From Candidatus Uhrbacteria bacterium (lineage in GTDB: Bacteria > Patescibacteriota > Patescibacteriia > UBA9934), in contig JABJOE010000002.1 in NCBI GenBank assembly GCA_018664485.1, forward strand, positions 11,896-75,895: a stretch of 64,000 nt of DNA, written 5' to 3'. Below the pieces are notes generated by a model. The model was not told the DNA's origin. It did not search any database and saw only the letters and a program-made list of their open reading frames with translations. Positions 28,909 through 38,106 of this stretch are shown here, one piece after another (within the stretch, counting starts at the first letter, position 1; every line of letters starts with the position of its first letter). A program made the translations under genes and the position numbers.

Positions 28909-29072
28909 GGCGCATGTTGCAGTATGATCTTCTTGAGGTCATTTGATGCATGTAGCTAACGAAAAAGATGAACGGTGCGGAGACATAGCAGAGCTATATC
29001 GACAAGCTGTGAATCATTTGCAGTTGCGACAGGCGCGAATGAAGCAAGGAGAATTATCTTGCAGCATGCGCC
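28909..29072 (+). ncRNA. Candidate rod-shaped RNA (6S-like or RNase III stem); strand assumed from operon
   Basis: End-to-end nested complementarity, ggcgcatgttgca / tgcagcatgcgcc closing stem. Confidence 0.45.
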
Positions 29073-29094
29073 AAAATATAAACAGTTTTCCTTT

Positions 29095-29682
29095 ATGTTA
29101 AAAACACCATCAAGACGCGTAGGAGTATTTATCGACGTGCAGAACATGTACTACAGCGCGCGCAATCTTTTCAATCGAAAAGTAAACTTCCCTAAAATCG
29201 TTTCAGAAACCGTTGGAGATCAGGAGCTGATCCGAGCTATCGCATACACAGTTGCAACAGAGTCTGGTGACGAAAATGCATTCTTTGAAGCTTTGGAAAA
29301 AGCAGGTATCGATGTTATCGCAAAAGATCTTATCGAGTATGACTCCGGTGCCAAGAAGGGTGACTGGGATGTAGGTATTGCAATCGACATCGTACGATCA
29401 CTCGACATGCTAGACGTAGTTGTACTCGCATCGGGTGACGGAGACTTTTCCCCACTTGGCGACTATGTTCGTGGACGAGGCCGAATCTTCCACGTTGTAT
29501 CTTTCCGTGAATCAACTTCTTCAGAGCTACTAGACATTGCTGACGCATACACAAACATGTCAGACGAAAAGAATGTCTTCCTTATGCCTGAAGACAAACG
29601 TAAACGAGCAGCAACATCAACCACAAAAAGAACTCCTTCAAAGCGTCCGGCAGCAAAGCGCGCTCCGGCAAAAAAGAAGTAA
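29095..29682 (+). CDS. NYN domain protein (LabA/DUF88)
   Basis: VFIDVQNMY, KGDWDVGIAID, LASGDGDF. Confidence 0.9.
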   Translation: MLKTPSRRVGVFIDVQNMYYSARNLFNRKVNFPKIVSETVGDQELIRAIAYTVATESGDENAFFEALEKAGIDVIAKDLIEYDSGAKKGDWDVGIAIDIVRSLDMLDVVVLASGDGDFSPLGDYVRGRGRIFHVVSFRESTSSELLDIADAYTNMSDEKNVFLMPEDKRKRAATSTTKRTPSKRPAAKRAPAKKK

Positions 29683-29908
29683 ACATTACAGCTCCGTGAT
29701 CCACGCGGTCACGGGCCGTGCTGTGTACTACAGCTCAAATTAATTTATCGTCCCGAGACCGTGAGGTGTTGAGTTATAAGACTCAGGATCTTGGGCTTCG
29801 GGGCGAATACCTGCCCTACGTTTAGTACCTATCAACATTACCGTCGCAAGCCACGACAACAAATTGATACTTTATAAAACGCAGCTAGCAGAAATAACAC
29901 AACTACAT

Positions 29909-32116
29909 ATGAACGAACAGAAAACGTTCACCACAATGGTCGGCGACAAAGAGCTGACTATCAAAACAGGTAAGTTTGCGCAGGCCGCAAACGGAACTTG
30001 TATGGTGCAACTCGGTGAGACAGTGGTCTTGGCTACTGCCGTCATGTCAGAGCGACCTCGACCAGGGATTCCTTTCTTCCCACTGATGGTTGACTTCGAA
30101 GAGAAGCTATACGCGGCCGGACGAATTAAAGGATCACGTTTCATTAAGCGTGAAGGTCGTCCAACAGATGAAGCTGTGCTCGTTGCACGATTCATCGATC
30201 GATCACTTCGCCCTCTCTTTAACCAGGAGATGCGAAACGACGTACAGGTTATCATCACAGTTCTCGCATTCGACGGAGAGAACGACGCAGACCTTCTAGG
30301 GCTCATCGGAGCATCTTGCGCATTACACATCAGTGATATCCCTTGGAATGGTCCGATCGGTATCGCTCGAGTGTCAAAGCTTGATGACGAGTGGCTTGTA
30401 AACCCAACATACGCACAGCGAGATAAGGCAGACTTCGACCTCGACGTTGCGGGAACATCAGAGAAGGCGATCATGATTGAGGCTCGTGCAAGCGAAACGC
30501 CAGAGGACGTTATGGCTGAAGCGTTTGAAAAAGCAATGGGATCAATCCAGCCAGTAATCGATCTGATCGAAAAGATCCGAAAGGACGTCGGAAAAGAGAA
30601 GCGCGACATGGTTGTTGTAGACGAGCGTGGAGATGAACTTCGACAGATGGCTAAAGATTATCTTTACCCAATCTTTGAAAAACGATGTATCGAACGACCT
30701 CTTTTCTCAAAGCCACAGATCAACGCGGCTAAAGCTGAACTTAAGGATCAGCTAACAGCTCATCTTACCGAACAGGGAATTGAAGAAGCGGAAATTAAGA
30801 TCGCAGCTGACGTGATTTACAACCTAACGCAGCGTGTTGCGTCTGACCTTATCTTGAAGCAAGGTAAGCGTGTCGACGGTCGTGCCCTTACGGAAATCCG
30901 AGAGCTTACAGGAGAGGTCGGCCTTCTTCCACGAGTTCATGGATCAGGACACTTCAACCGTGGAACAACTCAGGTAATGTCTATCTGTACTCTCGGAGCT
31001 CCGGGTGACGAACAGACTTTAGACGGAATGGAAACGGTCGGACAAAAGCGTTACATGCACCACTACAACTTCCCTCCATACAGTGTTGGTGAAGCGAAGC
31101 CGTTGCGTGGAGCTAGTCGCCGAGACATTGGTCACGGTGCGCTTGCAGAAAAAGCTTTGGACTTCATGATCCCAAGCAAGGAAGACTTCCCATACACAAT
31201 CCGAGTCGTATCAGAGGTACTGGATTCTAACGGATCAAGTTCAATGGCATCAACATGTGCTTCGACTCTCGCGCTGATGGACGCAGGTGTGCCAATCAAG
31301 GCTCCTGTTGCCGGAATCGCAATGGGACTTGCAAGTAGTGGGGACGATTGGAAAGTGATTACCGATCTTCAAGATATCGAAGACGGTGACGGAGGAATGG
31401 ACTTCAAGATCACTGGAACAAAGACAGGTCTTACCGCAATCCAAATGGATACAAAGACGGACGGTATTACCCTTGAGATCATCAAGCAGACTCTGACTCA
31501 GTGGAAGGACGCAAAAGCTACCGTACTTGCAGCTATCGCTGGCGGACTTGAGGAGCCACGCAAGGAGCTCTCAGAGCACGCTCCACGTATCTTGACCATG
31601 ATGATCAACCCAGACAAGATCCGAGACGTTATCGGACCTGGTGGAAAGATGATTAACGAGATCATTGCAGAAACCGGAGTTGATTCAATCGACATTGAGC
31701 AGGACGGGTACGTATTTATCACAGCTCCGAACCAAACAACTGGAGAGGCGGCATTCGCATGGGTAGGTGACCTTACTCGCGAAGTGCAGGCTAACGAAAC
31801 ATTCACAAAATGTTCAGTTGAACGAATCATGGACTTCGGAGCGTTCGTGAATATTCTTCCTGGACGAGACGGTCTCGTTCACATTAGTGAGCTTGCCCCT
31901 TGGCGTGTCGCAAAGGTTGAAGACATCGTCAAAGTTGGAGATGAGGTAAACGTAAAAGTTATCGAAATCGACAGCATGGGACGTGTAAACCTTTCAATGA
32001 AGCAAGCTGAAGGGAACACATACACAGATGAGATGAAAGAAAAGGCCTCAAAGGCACCAGCGCCTCGATCAGGAGGTGCGCCACGTGGAGGCAGTCGTCC
32101 ACCACGTAAGTCATAA
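29909..32116 (+). CDS. pnp: Polyribonucleotide nucleotidyltransferase
   Basis: Two RNase PH domains, SNGSSSMAS, DGDGGMDFK, KH and S1 domains. Confidence 0.97.
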   Translation: MNEQKTFTTMVGDKELTIKTGKFAQAANGTCMVQLGETVVLATAVMSERPRPGIPFFPLMVDFEEKLYAAGRIKGSRFIKREGRPTDEAVLVARFIDRSLRPLFNQEMRNDVQVIITVLAFDGENDADLLGLIGASCALHISDIPWNGPIGIARVSKLDDEWLVNPTYAQRDKADFDLDVAGTSEKAIMIEARASETPEDVMAEAFEKAMGSIQPVIDLIEKIRKDVGKEKRDMVVVDERGDELRQMAKDYLYPIFEKRCIERPLFSKPQINAAKAELKDQLTAHLTEQGIEEAEIKIAADVIYNLTQRVASDLILKQGKRVDGRALTEIRELTGEVGLLPRVHGSGHFNRGTTQVMSICTLGAPGDEQTLDGMETVGQKRYMHHYNFPPYSVGEAKPLRGASRRDIGHGALAEKALDFMIPSKEDFPYTIRVVSEVLDSNGSSSMASTCASTLALMDAGVPIKAPVAGIAMGLASSGDDWKVITDLQDIEDGDGGMDFKITGTKTGLTAIQMDTKTDGITLEIIKQTLTQWKDAKATVLAAIAGGLEEPRKELSEHAPRILTMMINPDKIRDVIGPGGKMINEIIAETGVDSIDIEQDGYVFITAPNQTTGEAAFAWVGDLTREVQANETFTKCSVERIMDFGAFVNILPGRDGLVHISELAPWRVAKVEDIVKVGDEVNVKVIEIDSMGRVNLSMKQAEGNTYTDEMKEKASKAPAPRSGGAPRGGSRPPRKS

Positions 32117-32131
32117 GAGTACTTGAGAGTT

Positions 32132-32164
32132 AAAACAACCTTCGCATATTGCGGAGGTTGTTTT
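32132..32164 (+). terminator. Terminator after pnp
   Basis: aaaacaaccttcgca-tat-tgcggaggttgtttt. Confidence 0.75.
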
Positions 32165-32363
32165 GTTGCCGGATCCTCAGAACACCACCTCGTACAGCCT
32201 ACAAAACTCTATTTATCTTCCGAGTTGAAGATGTGTTTCAGAAATTGGCTGGCATCTTCGTGGGTAACGTTAGTACATCATCCAGAAGGCGCTTGGTAAC
32301 TTTTTGTAGACATATCATCCTGGAAGCTTGTTCGAGGGGGTGTTCTGGGGTTATCATTCTGCC

Positions 32364-33590
32364 ATGAAACGACTCAACATACCTCTATCAAGCACAAGCG
32401 GGCCTTCCAGGCGCGTCATCGGGCGCATAGCCATTTTATGCGCTCTACTCTTCGTCTCGTGGCTTTTTGTGCGTGCCTACATGGTATCCGACACCACAAC
32501 ATGGTTACGGCCCGAATCAACTACACACACACTCCACATTCCAATGCATCCACGCAGCATCGACCAGATTACTGAGAATATTGGAAGCATGTCTTTATTA
32601 GGCGGTGGGGCGTGGAGTTTTGATCAGCTACCCCTATGGTGTGATCGTGCCTGCAGCCTTCATTTAAATAGTGATGGGATAGTCTTCGGCCTCACTATAG
32701 ATAGGTCTTTACTCGACAATGAGCGCTCCGAAGTCCTTTCTACTGGCCTTTTTACGTACGAATCTGAAAACAAGACCCTTATTTATAAAGATGAGAATGA
32801 AGCGTTTCTAAATAGTAAGCCAGTCTCATACCCTTCGTTGCTCGCAATTCTGCCATGGAATGACGCTATCCTCACAGAACATTCCGTAAAAACAAGTTCT
32901 GGGGTACGAATAAACAGCAACGGCATCGTTCTTCACGGCAGGTATGGAATAAGCGAGCCACATCAAGCGATTTTCGCCCAAGACACCTCAACGCTTGCAC
33001 AACTTGCTTTCACTGCCAATGGTGAGCCCTATCCATTAGCTTCGATCATTCTTCAGGGAAAGATAGAAAACTTTTTGGAAGAGATCGTTGACGGAACGAT
33101 ATCTGTAGCACTTGGAGAACAAGACGGTGAGCTAGTCTTCTCTATTCAGTTGCCCGTAGTCATGGACCAACAAGAAGCGGCCGAGCTAAGTCGTGAATTG
33201 ATAAAGCCTCTCAGTCTGTCTACTCTAGAGTGGACAATTCCTGACGGGACAAATGTTGAAGAGATCCGATTTGATGACAGCGATGTCACGGTTGAAACTC
33301 ATTCAGACGGAAATACTTATTACATGGAGGTATTTCATGAGGGGGGTGTCGTGCTACGAATTACTCAAAGCCAAGAGAATTTAACTATCTCAAATAGAGA
33401 AATTTCGCTAAACCAAAGCAATAATTACGTCTCGTCGTGCGCTCGCAATACTCGCGCAATAGTAAGACCGCGTGAACTACTAGACCTCCTTGCGAGCTCA
33501 CAGAGTATTACTGAACAAAGCATGTATCCACTGATCACTTCTTTTACCGAAGTTGCATTCACCGGAAACAAAGCGATTCTTTGCTGGTAA
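32364..33590 (+). CDS. Hypothetical membrane-anchored protein
   Basis: Long ORF with one N-terminal TM helix; no recognised motif. Confidence 0.65.
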   Translation: MKRLNIPLSSTSGPSRRVIGRIAILCALLFVSWLFVRAYMVSDTTTWLRPESTTHTLHIPMHPRSIDQITENIGSMSLLGGGAWSFDQLPLWCDRACSLHLNSDGIVFGLTIDRSLLDNERSEVLSTGLFTYESENKTLIYKDENEAFLNSKPVSYPSLLAILPWNDAILTEHSVKTSSGVRINSNGIVLHGRYGISEPHQAIFAQDTSTLAQLAFTANGEPYPLASIILQGKIENFLEEIVDGTISVALGEQDGELVFSIQLPVVMDQQEAAELSRELIKPLSLSTLEWTIPDGTNVEEIRFDDSDVTVETHSDGNTYYMEVFHEGGVVLRITQSQENLTISNREISLNQSNNYVSSCARNTRAIVRPRELLDLLASSQSITEQSMYPLITSFTEVAFTGNKAILCW

Positions 33591-33599
33591 TTAACAGTC

Positions 33600-33736
33600 T
33601 GTGGATAAAGTACCGATTATCCAAAAGTTATCCACAACAGAACACGCTAAACACACAAATTTTATCCACAAAACGCAAAAAGTCATTAAACACGGGGTTA
33701 TTCGACGTTGACAATATGTGTTCAACTGAATACAAT
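33600..33736 (+). promoter_or_regulatory. DnaA-box cluster and consensus sigma70 promoter
   Basis: TGTGGATAA 33600, TTATCCAAA 33617, TTATCCACA 33628 and 33662; TTGACA 33708-33713, 17 nt, TACAAT 33731-33736. Confidence 0.75.
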
Positions 33737-33741
33737 AGTTG

Positions 33742-34102
33742 CATAGTACCTTCTACAACACCCGTTATCTGAACTCCGTTCAGATAGACAAGGGGAAGTT
33801 TCCCGAAGCCCACTTCTTCGGGGGATAGCTCCACCGCTGTGCTGTGCTTGTTCACTTCTTTGGGGGAAGGTGAATATGAACACGGCAACTCTGATGCCCG
33901 AACATATCAGAAGAGCCACAGGATGGTAGAGCGGTTAGTCCTATCGACCAGCAACTGGTTGACGCCGACAGGTGTCGAGTCTTGTCCATATATACATATG
34001 GCCAGAACCCGACATCTGCAGCGGTGTCCTAGTCCTGGTACGCGTAGGGGCACGACAGTTCCGGGATATTTATAAGCCCGTTGAGCTACTGTGCCCCTTT
34101 TT
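33742..34102 (+). ncRNA. Candidate ~360-nt multi-branched structured RNA of unrecognised family
   Basis: Own promoter, about 7 hairpins, long-range caccgctg/cagcggtg helix, terminal aggggcac/gtgcccct stem plus T-tract, no convincing long ORF. Confidence 0.6.
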
Positions 34103-34176
34103 AGTTTGCAGATTTTATGTAAACGTTGTATAAAAACGCCACTTTCGTGTACAATTGATCTATTGTATTTTTGCTT

Positions 34177-34551
34177 ATGAATGATGCTTTTACTAAAGAA
34201 ATGAAGGAGCGGCTTGAAGCCGACCAGGCACGCCTACAAAAGGACCTTGGTGGTTTTGCGTCTGTTGATGAACAGTCGAAACAAGCCAACTACACAACCA
34301 ACTATCAAGACTTTGGCGATGGTGAGGATGAAAACGCCAATGAGGTTGCCGCCTACAGCAACAACCTTCCGCTTGAAAATGAGTTGGAGAAGGAGCTTCG
34401 AGACATTAACAATGCCTTGAAGCGAATTGAGGACAAAACTTACGGAACATGTAAGTACTGTAAGGTTGAGGTTCATGAGAACCGTCTTCGTGCACGCCCA
34501 ACGGCTGGCTCATGTGTCGCGTGTAAAAAAACACTCACCCAGGAAGTGTAG
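34177..34551 (+). CDS. TraR/DksA C4 zinc-finger protein
   Basis: Coiled coil; YGTCKYC...RLRARP...CVAC. Confidence 0.9.
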   Translation: MNDAFTKEMKERLEADQARLQKDLGGFASVDEQSKQANYTTNYQDFGDGEDENANEVAAYSNNLPLENELEKELRDINNALKRIEDKTYGTCKYCKVEVHENRLRARPTAGSCVACKKTLTQEV

Positions 34552-34562
34552 CTACAACAAGC

Positions 34563-35006
34563 GTGAAAAATAGAACCGCACAAGCCTTTACCATCTTGGC
34601 CGGTCTCATAGCACTGCTAGATGCGGCGCTAAAGGCCTATGCCATCAAACGACTCCCGTCCACCGGGAGTCGTGATCGTTTTATCGATTTTATACTTCAC
34701 AAAAATCCAGGAATCGCCTTTGATATCCCGGTACCCTTTTGGATCATCGGCCCACTCACCGTTGCTGTCTGCACATGGTTGGTATGGACCGCCTACAAGC
34801 ACTGGAATACGCAAAAAGAAGTAAGTACCGCAGCAAACATTGTAATCATTGGAGCTCTTGGCAACTTGATAGACCGATTCGTAAACGGATTTACAACAGA
34901 CTACATAATTATATTTTCAAGAAGCGTTATAAACCTCTCTGACGTACTAATAGTCGCCGGAATAATTGCGCTCCTGTGGTACACTAGAGACAGAAAGACG
35001 TCATAA
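34563..35006 (+). CDS. lspA: Lipoprotein signal peptidase II
   Basis: NPGIAF, GALGNLIDRF, DY, NLSD motifs. Confidence 0.88.
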   Translation: MKNRTAQAFTILAGLIALLDAALKAYAIKRLPSTGSRDRFIDFILHKNPGIAFDIPVPFWIIGPLTVAVCTWLVWTAYKHWNTQKEVSTAANIVIIGALGNLIDRFVNGFTTDYIIIFSRSVINLSDVLIVAGIIALLWYTRDRKTS

Positions 35007-35045
35007 ATAATAAGACTCCCCGCAACGGCAGTACTAACACTGCAA

Positions 35046-36566
35046 ATGCATATGGGAGCTTCTTTTATTTTTTCCGCAGCGCACGAAGGCCTTTTTAGTA
35101 CCCGCGTATGCGTCGAAGTCGACATTTCAAACGGATTACCGCGGTTCACAATCGTCGGACTTCCAGACACAGCAATTAGTGAGGCTCGCGAACGCGTTCG
35201 TGCAGCTATGAAGAATAGTGGTTTCACTTTTCCGCGGACCCGCGTCACCGTAAACCTAGCGCCAGCATCAATAAAAAAACAGGGACCAATGTACGACCTG
35301 GCAATTGCGCTATCCATCTTGCGAGCAAACGGCCAACTTACAAACACAGACCCCCTAGATAATGTTTTTGTCATAGGAGAACTAGCTCTTAACGGAGCCC
35401 TTCGCCCAGTACGCGGCGCGCTGCTCGCCGCAACGCTTGCAAAAGAACTTGGGATTACAGGAATCATCTTGCCAGCTGAAAATGCCGATGAGGCTGCCCA
35501 GGTAGGGGGCTTAAAAGTCCATCCAGCAACATCGCTTCATGAGCTTGTTTTTAATATAAACCAAGACACACTACCAACACACAAAAAATCACCTCGCAAC
35601 AAAATACCGACAACGTACGATCGTGATTTTCATGAAGTCCGTGGACAAGAACAGGCCAAGCGAGCTTTAACGATAGCGGCAGCCGGGGGTCACAATATAT
35701 TTATGAGTGGGCCGCCAGGGTCTGGAAAAACAATGCTCGCTCGTGCACTGCCATCAATCCTTCCGCCAATGAGCGCGCAGGAATCATTGGAAGTAACTAA
35801 AATACATTCAATCGCTGGCACACTTAAAGCGCGAGAGGGGCTTGTTAGCGCAAGACCGTTCCGTAGCCCACACCACACAAGCTCTTACGTCGCAATTATC
35901 GGCGGAGGGATTTATCCAAGGCCCGGTGAAATCACACTCGCACATCACGGCGTGCTATTCCTAGATGAGTTCTCCGAGTTCGGTCGCAAGGCAATCGAAA
36001 ACCTCAGACAACCCCTTGAGGATGGCGAAGTTAACATATCAAGAGCTTCTGGATCTGCAACCTATCCGACGCAATTCATGCTAGTCGCCGCGTCTAACCC
36101 TTGCCCTTGTGGATTTGCAAACGACCCAACTCACACATGCGAGTGTCGACCAGCACAACTTCAACGTTATAAAGAACGGTGCTCGGGGCCCATTATGGAT
36201 CGGTTTGATCTATTCATCGAAGTCCCTCGAGTGAAGACGAACGACCTCGCACAAACACCCACAGGAACGTCTTCGGTGGAAATGCGTGAACAGGTTTGTG
36301 CAGCTCGATTACTACAACTTGAGCGAAATAAATGCAAAGGCGTGCTCTACAATCAACAGCTTCGAACAAAGCACCTACGCGACATATGTAAACTCGACAA
36401 AGAGGGTGCTGAGTTTTTAAAAAAAGCGACAGACGCATTGCATCTGTCGGCCCGGGCCTTCACTCGAGTATTGAAAGTGTCTCGTACAATTGCGGATCTA
36501 GCAGACGAAAAAAATATCAACGTTGCGCACTTGAGCGAGGCAATCCAATACCGCGCAAGCCTCTGA
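35046..36566 (+). CDS. comM: YifB/ComM family Mg-chelatase-like AAA+ ATPase
   Basis: IVGLPD, VNLAPA, GPPGSGKTM, PFRSPHH, LFLDEF, NPCPCG. Confidence 0.92.
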   Translation: MHMGASFIFSAAHEGLFSTRVCVEVDISNGLPRFTIVGLPDTAISEARERVRAAMKNSGFTFPRTRVTVNLAPASIKKQGPMYDLAIALSILRANGQLTNTDPLDNVFVIGELALNGALRPVRGALLAATLAKELGITGIILPAENADEAAQVGGLKVHPATSLHELVFNINQDTLPTHKKSPRNKIPTTYDRDFHEVRGQEQAKRALTIAAAGGHNIFMSGPPGSGKTMLARALPSILPPMSAQESLEVTKIHSIAGTLKAREGLVSARPFRSPHHTSSYVAIIGGGIYPRPGEITLAHHGVLFLDEFSEFGRKAIENLRQPLEDGEVNISRASGSATYPTQFMLVAASNPCPCGFANDPTHTCECRPAQLQRYKERCSGPIMDRFDLFIEVPRVKTNDLAQTPTGTSSVEMREQVCAARLLQLERNKCKGVLYNQQLRTKHLRDICKLDKEGAEFLKKATDALHLSARAFTRVLKVSRTIADLADEKNINVAHLSEAIQYRASL

Positions 36567-36570
36567 GCTA

Positions 36571-37956
36571 CTAACGAATGTACTCCAAAGGATTCCTGAA
36601 ACTTCCGTTTGAGATCACCTCATAGTGAAGGTGGGTTCCGGTTGATCGCCCTGTCGTTCCACATCGCCCAATAGCCTGGCCCTGCGCCACATACTCTCCG
36701 GCCGACACATAAAGCGAGCTATGGTGACCGTAACGAGTTACGATTCCGTTTCCATGGTTAATCTCAATTGTGTAACCATAACCACCCTTCCAACCAGAAT
36801 ATTGAACATACCCCGCGTCAGACGCGTAGTTATCGTTCGTGTAGTGACAGTCAATATCAAGCCCAGTGTGCGACCAACCATAATACTGTGTGATAACGCG
36901 AAGGTCAGTAGGCCAGACCATTGAACCTGAACCTGTAACAGTAGGTGAGCTGATTGTTGCGCTAGACCCTGTGCTCACAGTTGGTGTAATAATGTTTGAG
37001 ATCGCACTACTCGTTGACCTTGAAACAGCACGAACCTCACCGCCCGGAATAAGCAGCTCGTCTCCGATTGAAAGCGCGTTTGCGTTTGCAAGACCGTTGT
37101 AACTTGTAATCGTTTCCTGATCTACGTCATACGACTGCGAGATACTTGCAATCGTGTCTCCGGATTCCACCTCGTGATACACACCGTCAACTGGTAGAAT
37201 CGTAAGACTGTCGCCGGGTTGCAGCACAGTACTCACGCTTAGGCTGTTAGCCCACAAAATTGTATTTAGAGATAAGTCGAATTTACTTGCGATCGTCGAG
37301 AGGGTGTCGCCGCCCGCAACAGCATAGGTTTCAATCCCGGTTCGATCAGCAGATGGTGCCGCCTCTGCGACCGCGGTTGCGGCATCTGACTCTTGTACAC
37401 CAACCAAAGACGTTTCAGACAAAGCCGTGCTCGAGGAATCATCAAGTGAACCAATAAAATCTACTCCTCGGGTGAAAGACGAAAGAGAACCTTGCTCGCG
37501 ATAGCTAGCATGACCAATTTGTACCGCAACTAACTGATCGGATGCGTACTCTTCAATCAACTCATCTTGCACTGCAACGAGTGAGAACAATAAGCTCTTC
37601 TGTCCAAAGGTTTCCGCTCGAACATCATCTGTCTGTATGTTTGAAAACACAGTTACCAAAACCAAAGCGGCCACAACAATATGAATAACGTAACGGTTTG
37701 CAACGAGTACCATCACCTTGTTCTTGGCAGGCCGATACATCCGAGACAGCTGTTTACGAACGATGTAAAGGAGGTGATAAACGGGTACGAGTAGCATCAA
37801 AAAAACACGTCCCAAGGCTCGCAGCGGTTTAGCGGCGAGATTAAGAACGCGCAAAGCGTGAGGTTTTAGCCAAACAAGGAGGCGAACCGCTCGCAGTGAT
37901 ACGTGTACGAAAAATTGTTTAAGTTTCTCTTGTATACGATTTGGATTATATCCCAA
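36571..37956 (-). CDS. LysM-domain M23 peptidase
   Basis: TM helix, two LysM (GDTLSTIA, GDTIASIS), HTGLD, STGTHLHYE. Confidence 0.9.
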   Translation of the reverse strand: MGYNPNRIQEKLKQFFVHVSLRAVRLLVWLKPHALRVLNLAAKPLRALGRVFLMLLVPVYHLLYIVRKQLSRMYRPAKNKVMVLVANRYVIHIVVAALVLVTVFSNIQTDDVRAETFGQKSLLFSLVAVQDELIEEYASDQLVAVQIGHASYREQGSLSSFTRGVDFIGSLDDSSSTALSETSLVGVQESDAATAVAEAAPSADRTGIETYAVAGGDTLSTIASKFDLSLNTILWANSLSVSTVLQPGDSLTILPVDGVYHEVESGDTIASISQSYDVDQETITSYNGLANANALSIGDELLIPGGEVRAVSRSTSSAISNIITPTVSTGSSATISSPTVTGSGSMVWPTDLRVITQYYGWSHTGLDIDCHYTNDNYASDAGYVQYSGWKGGYGYTIEINHGNGIVTRYGHHSSLYVSAGEYVAQGQAIGRCGTTGRSTGTHLHYEVISNGSFRNPLEYIR

Positions 37957-38106
37957 TTGCAGCTAAGAGAGTAGCGTTTTTTTGGCATTTTGTCAATCGT
38001 GAGCTAAGGGCGATTATATTGACAAAAAGGCCCTTGATCCGTATCATAACCGCGTCTTTAATAGAAATGCCAGCAAATAGCCGGCATCTCAAAAAATAAT
38101 GTGTCT

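Noticed and set aside
33742-34102. RNase P RNA, tmRNA, SRP RNA or T-box
   Set aside because: ggggaagtttcc and cagaacccg resemble RNase P conserved regions but cannot form P4; no tRNA-like ends, SRP loop or full T-box motif.
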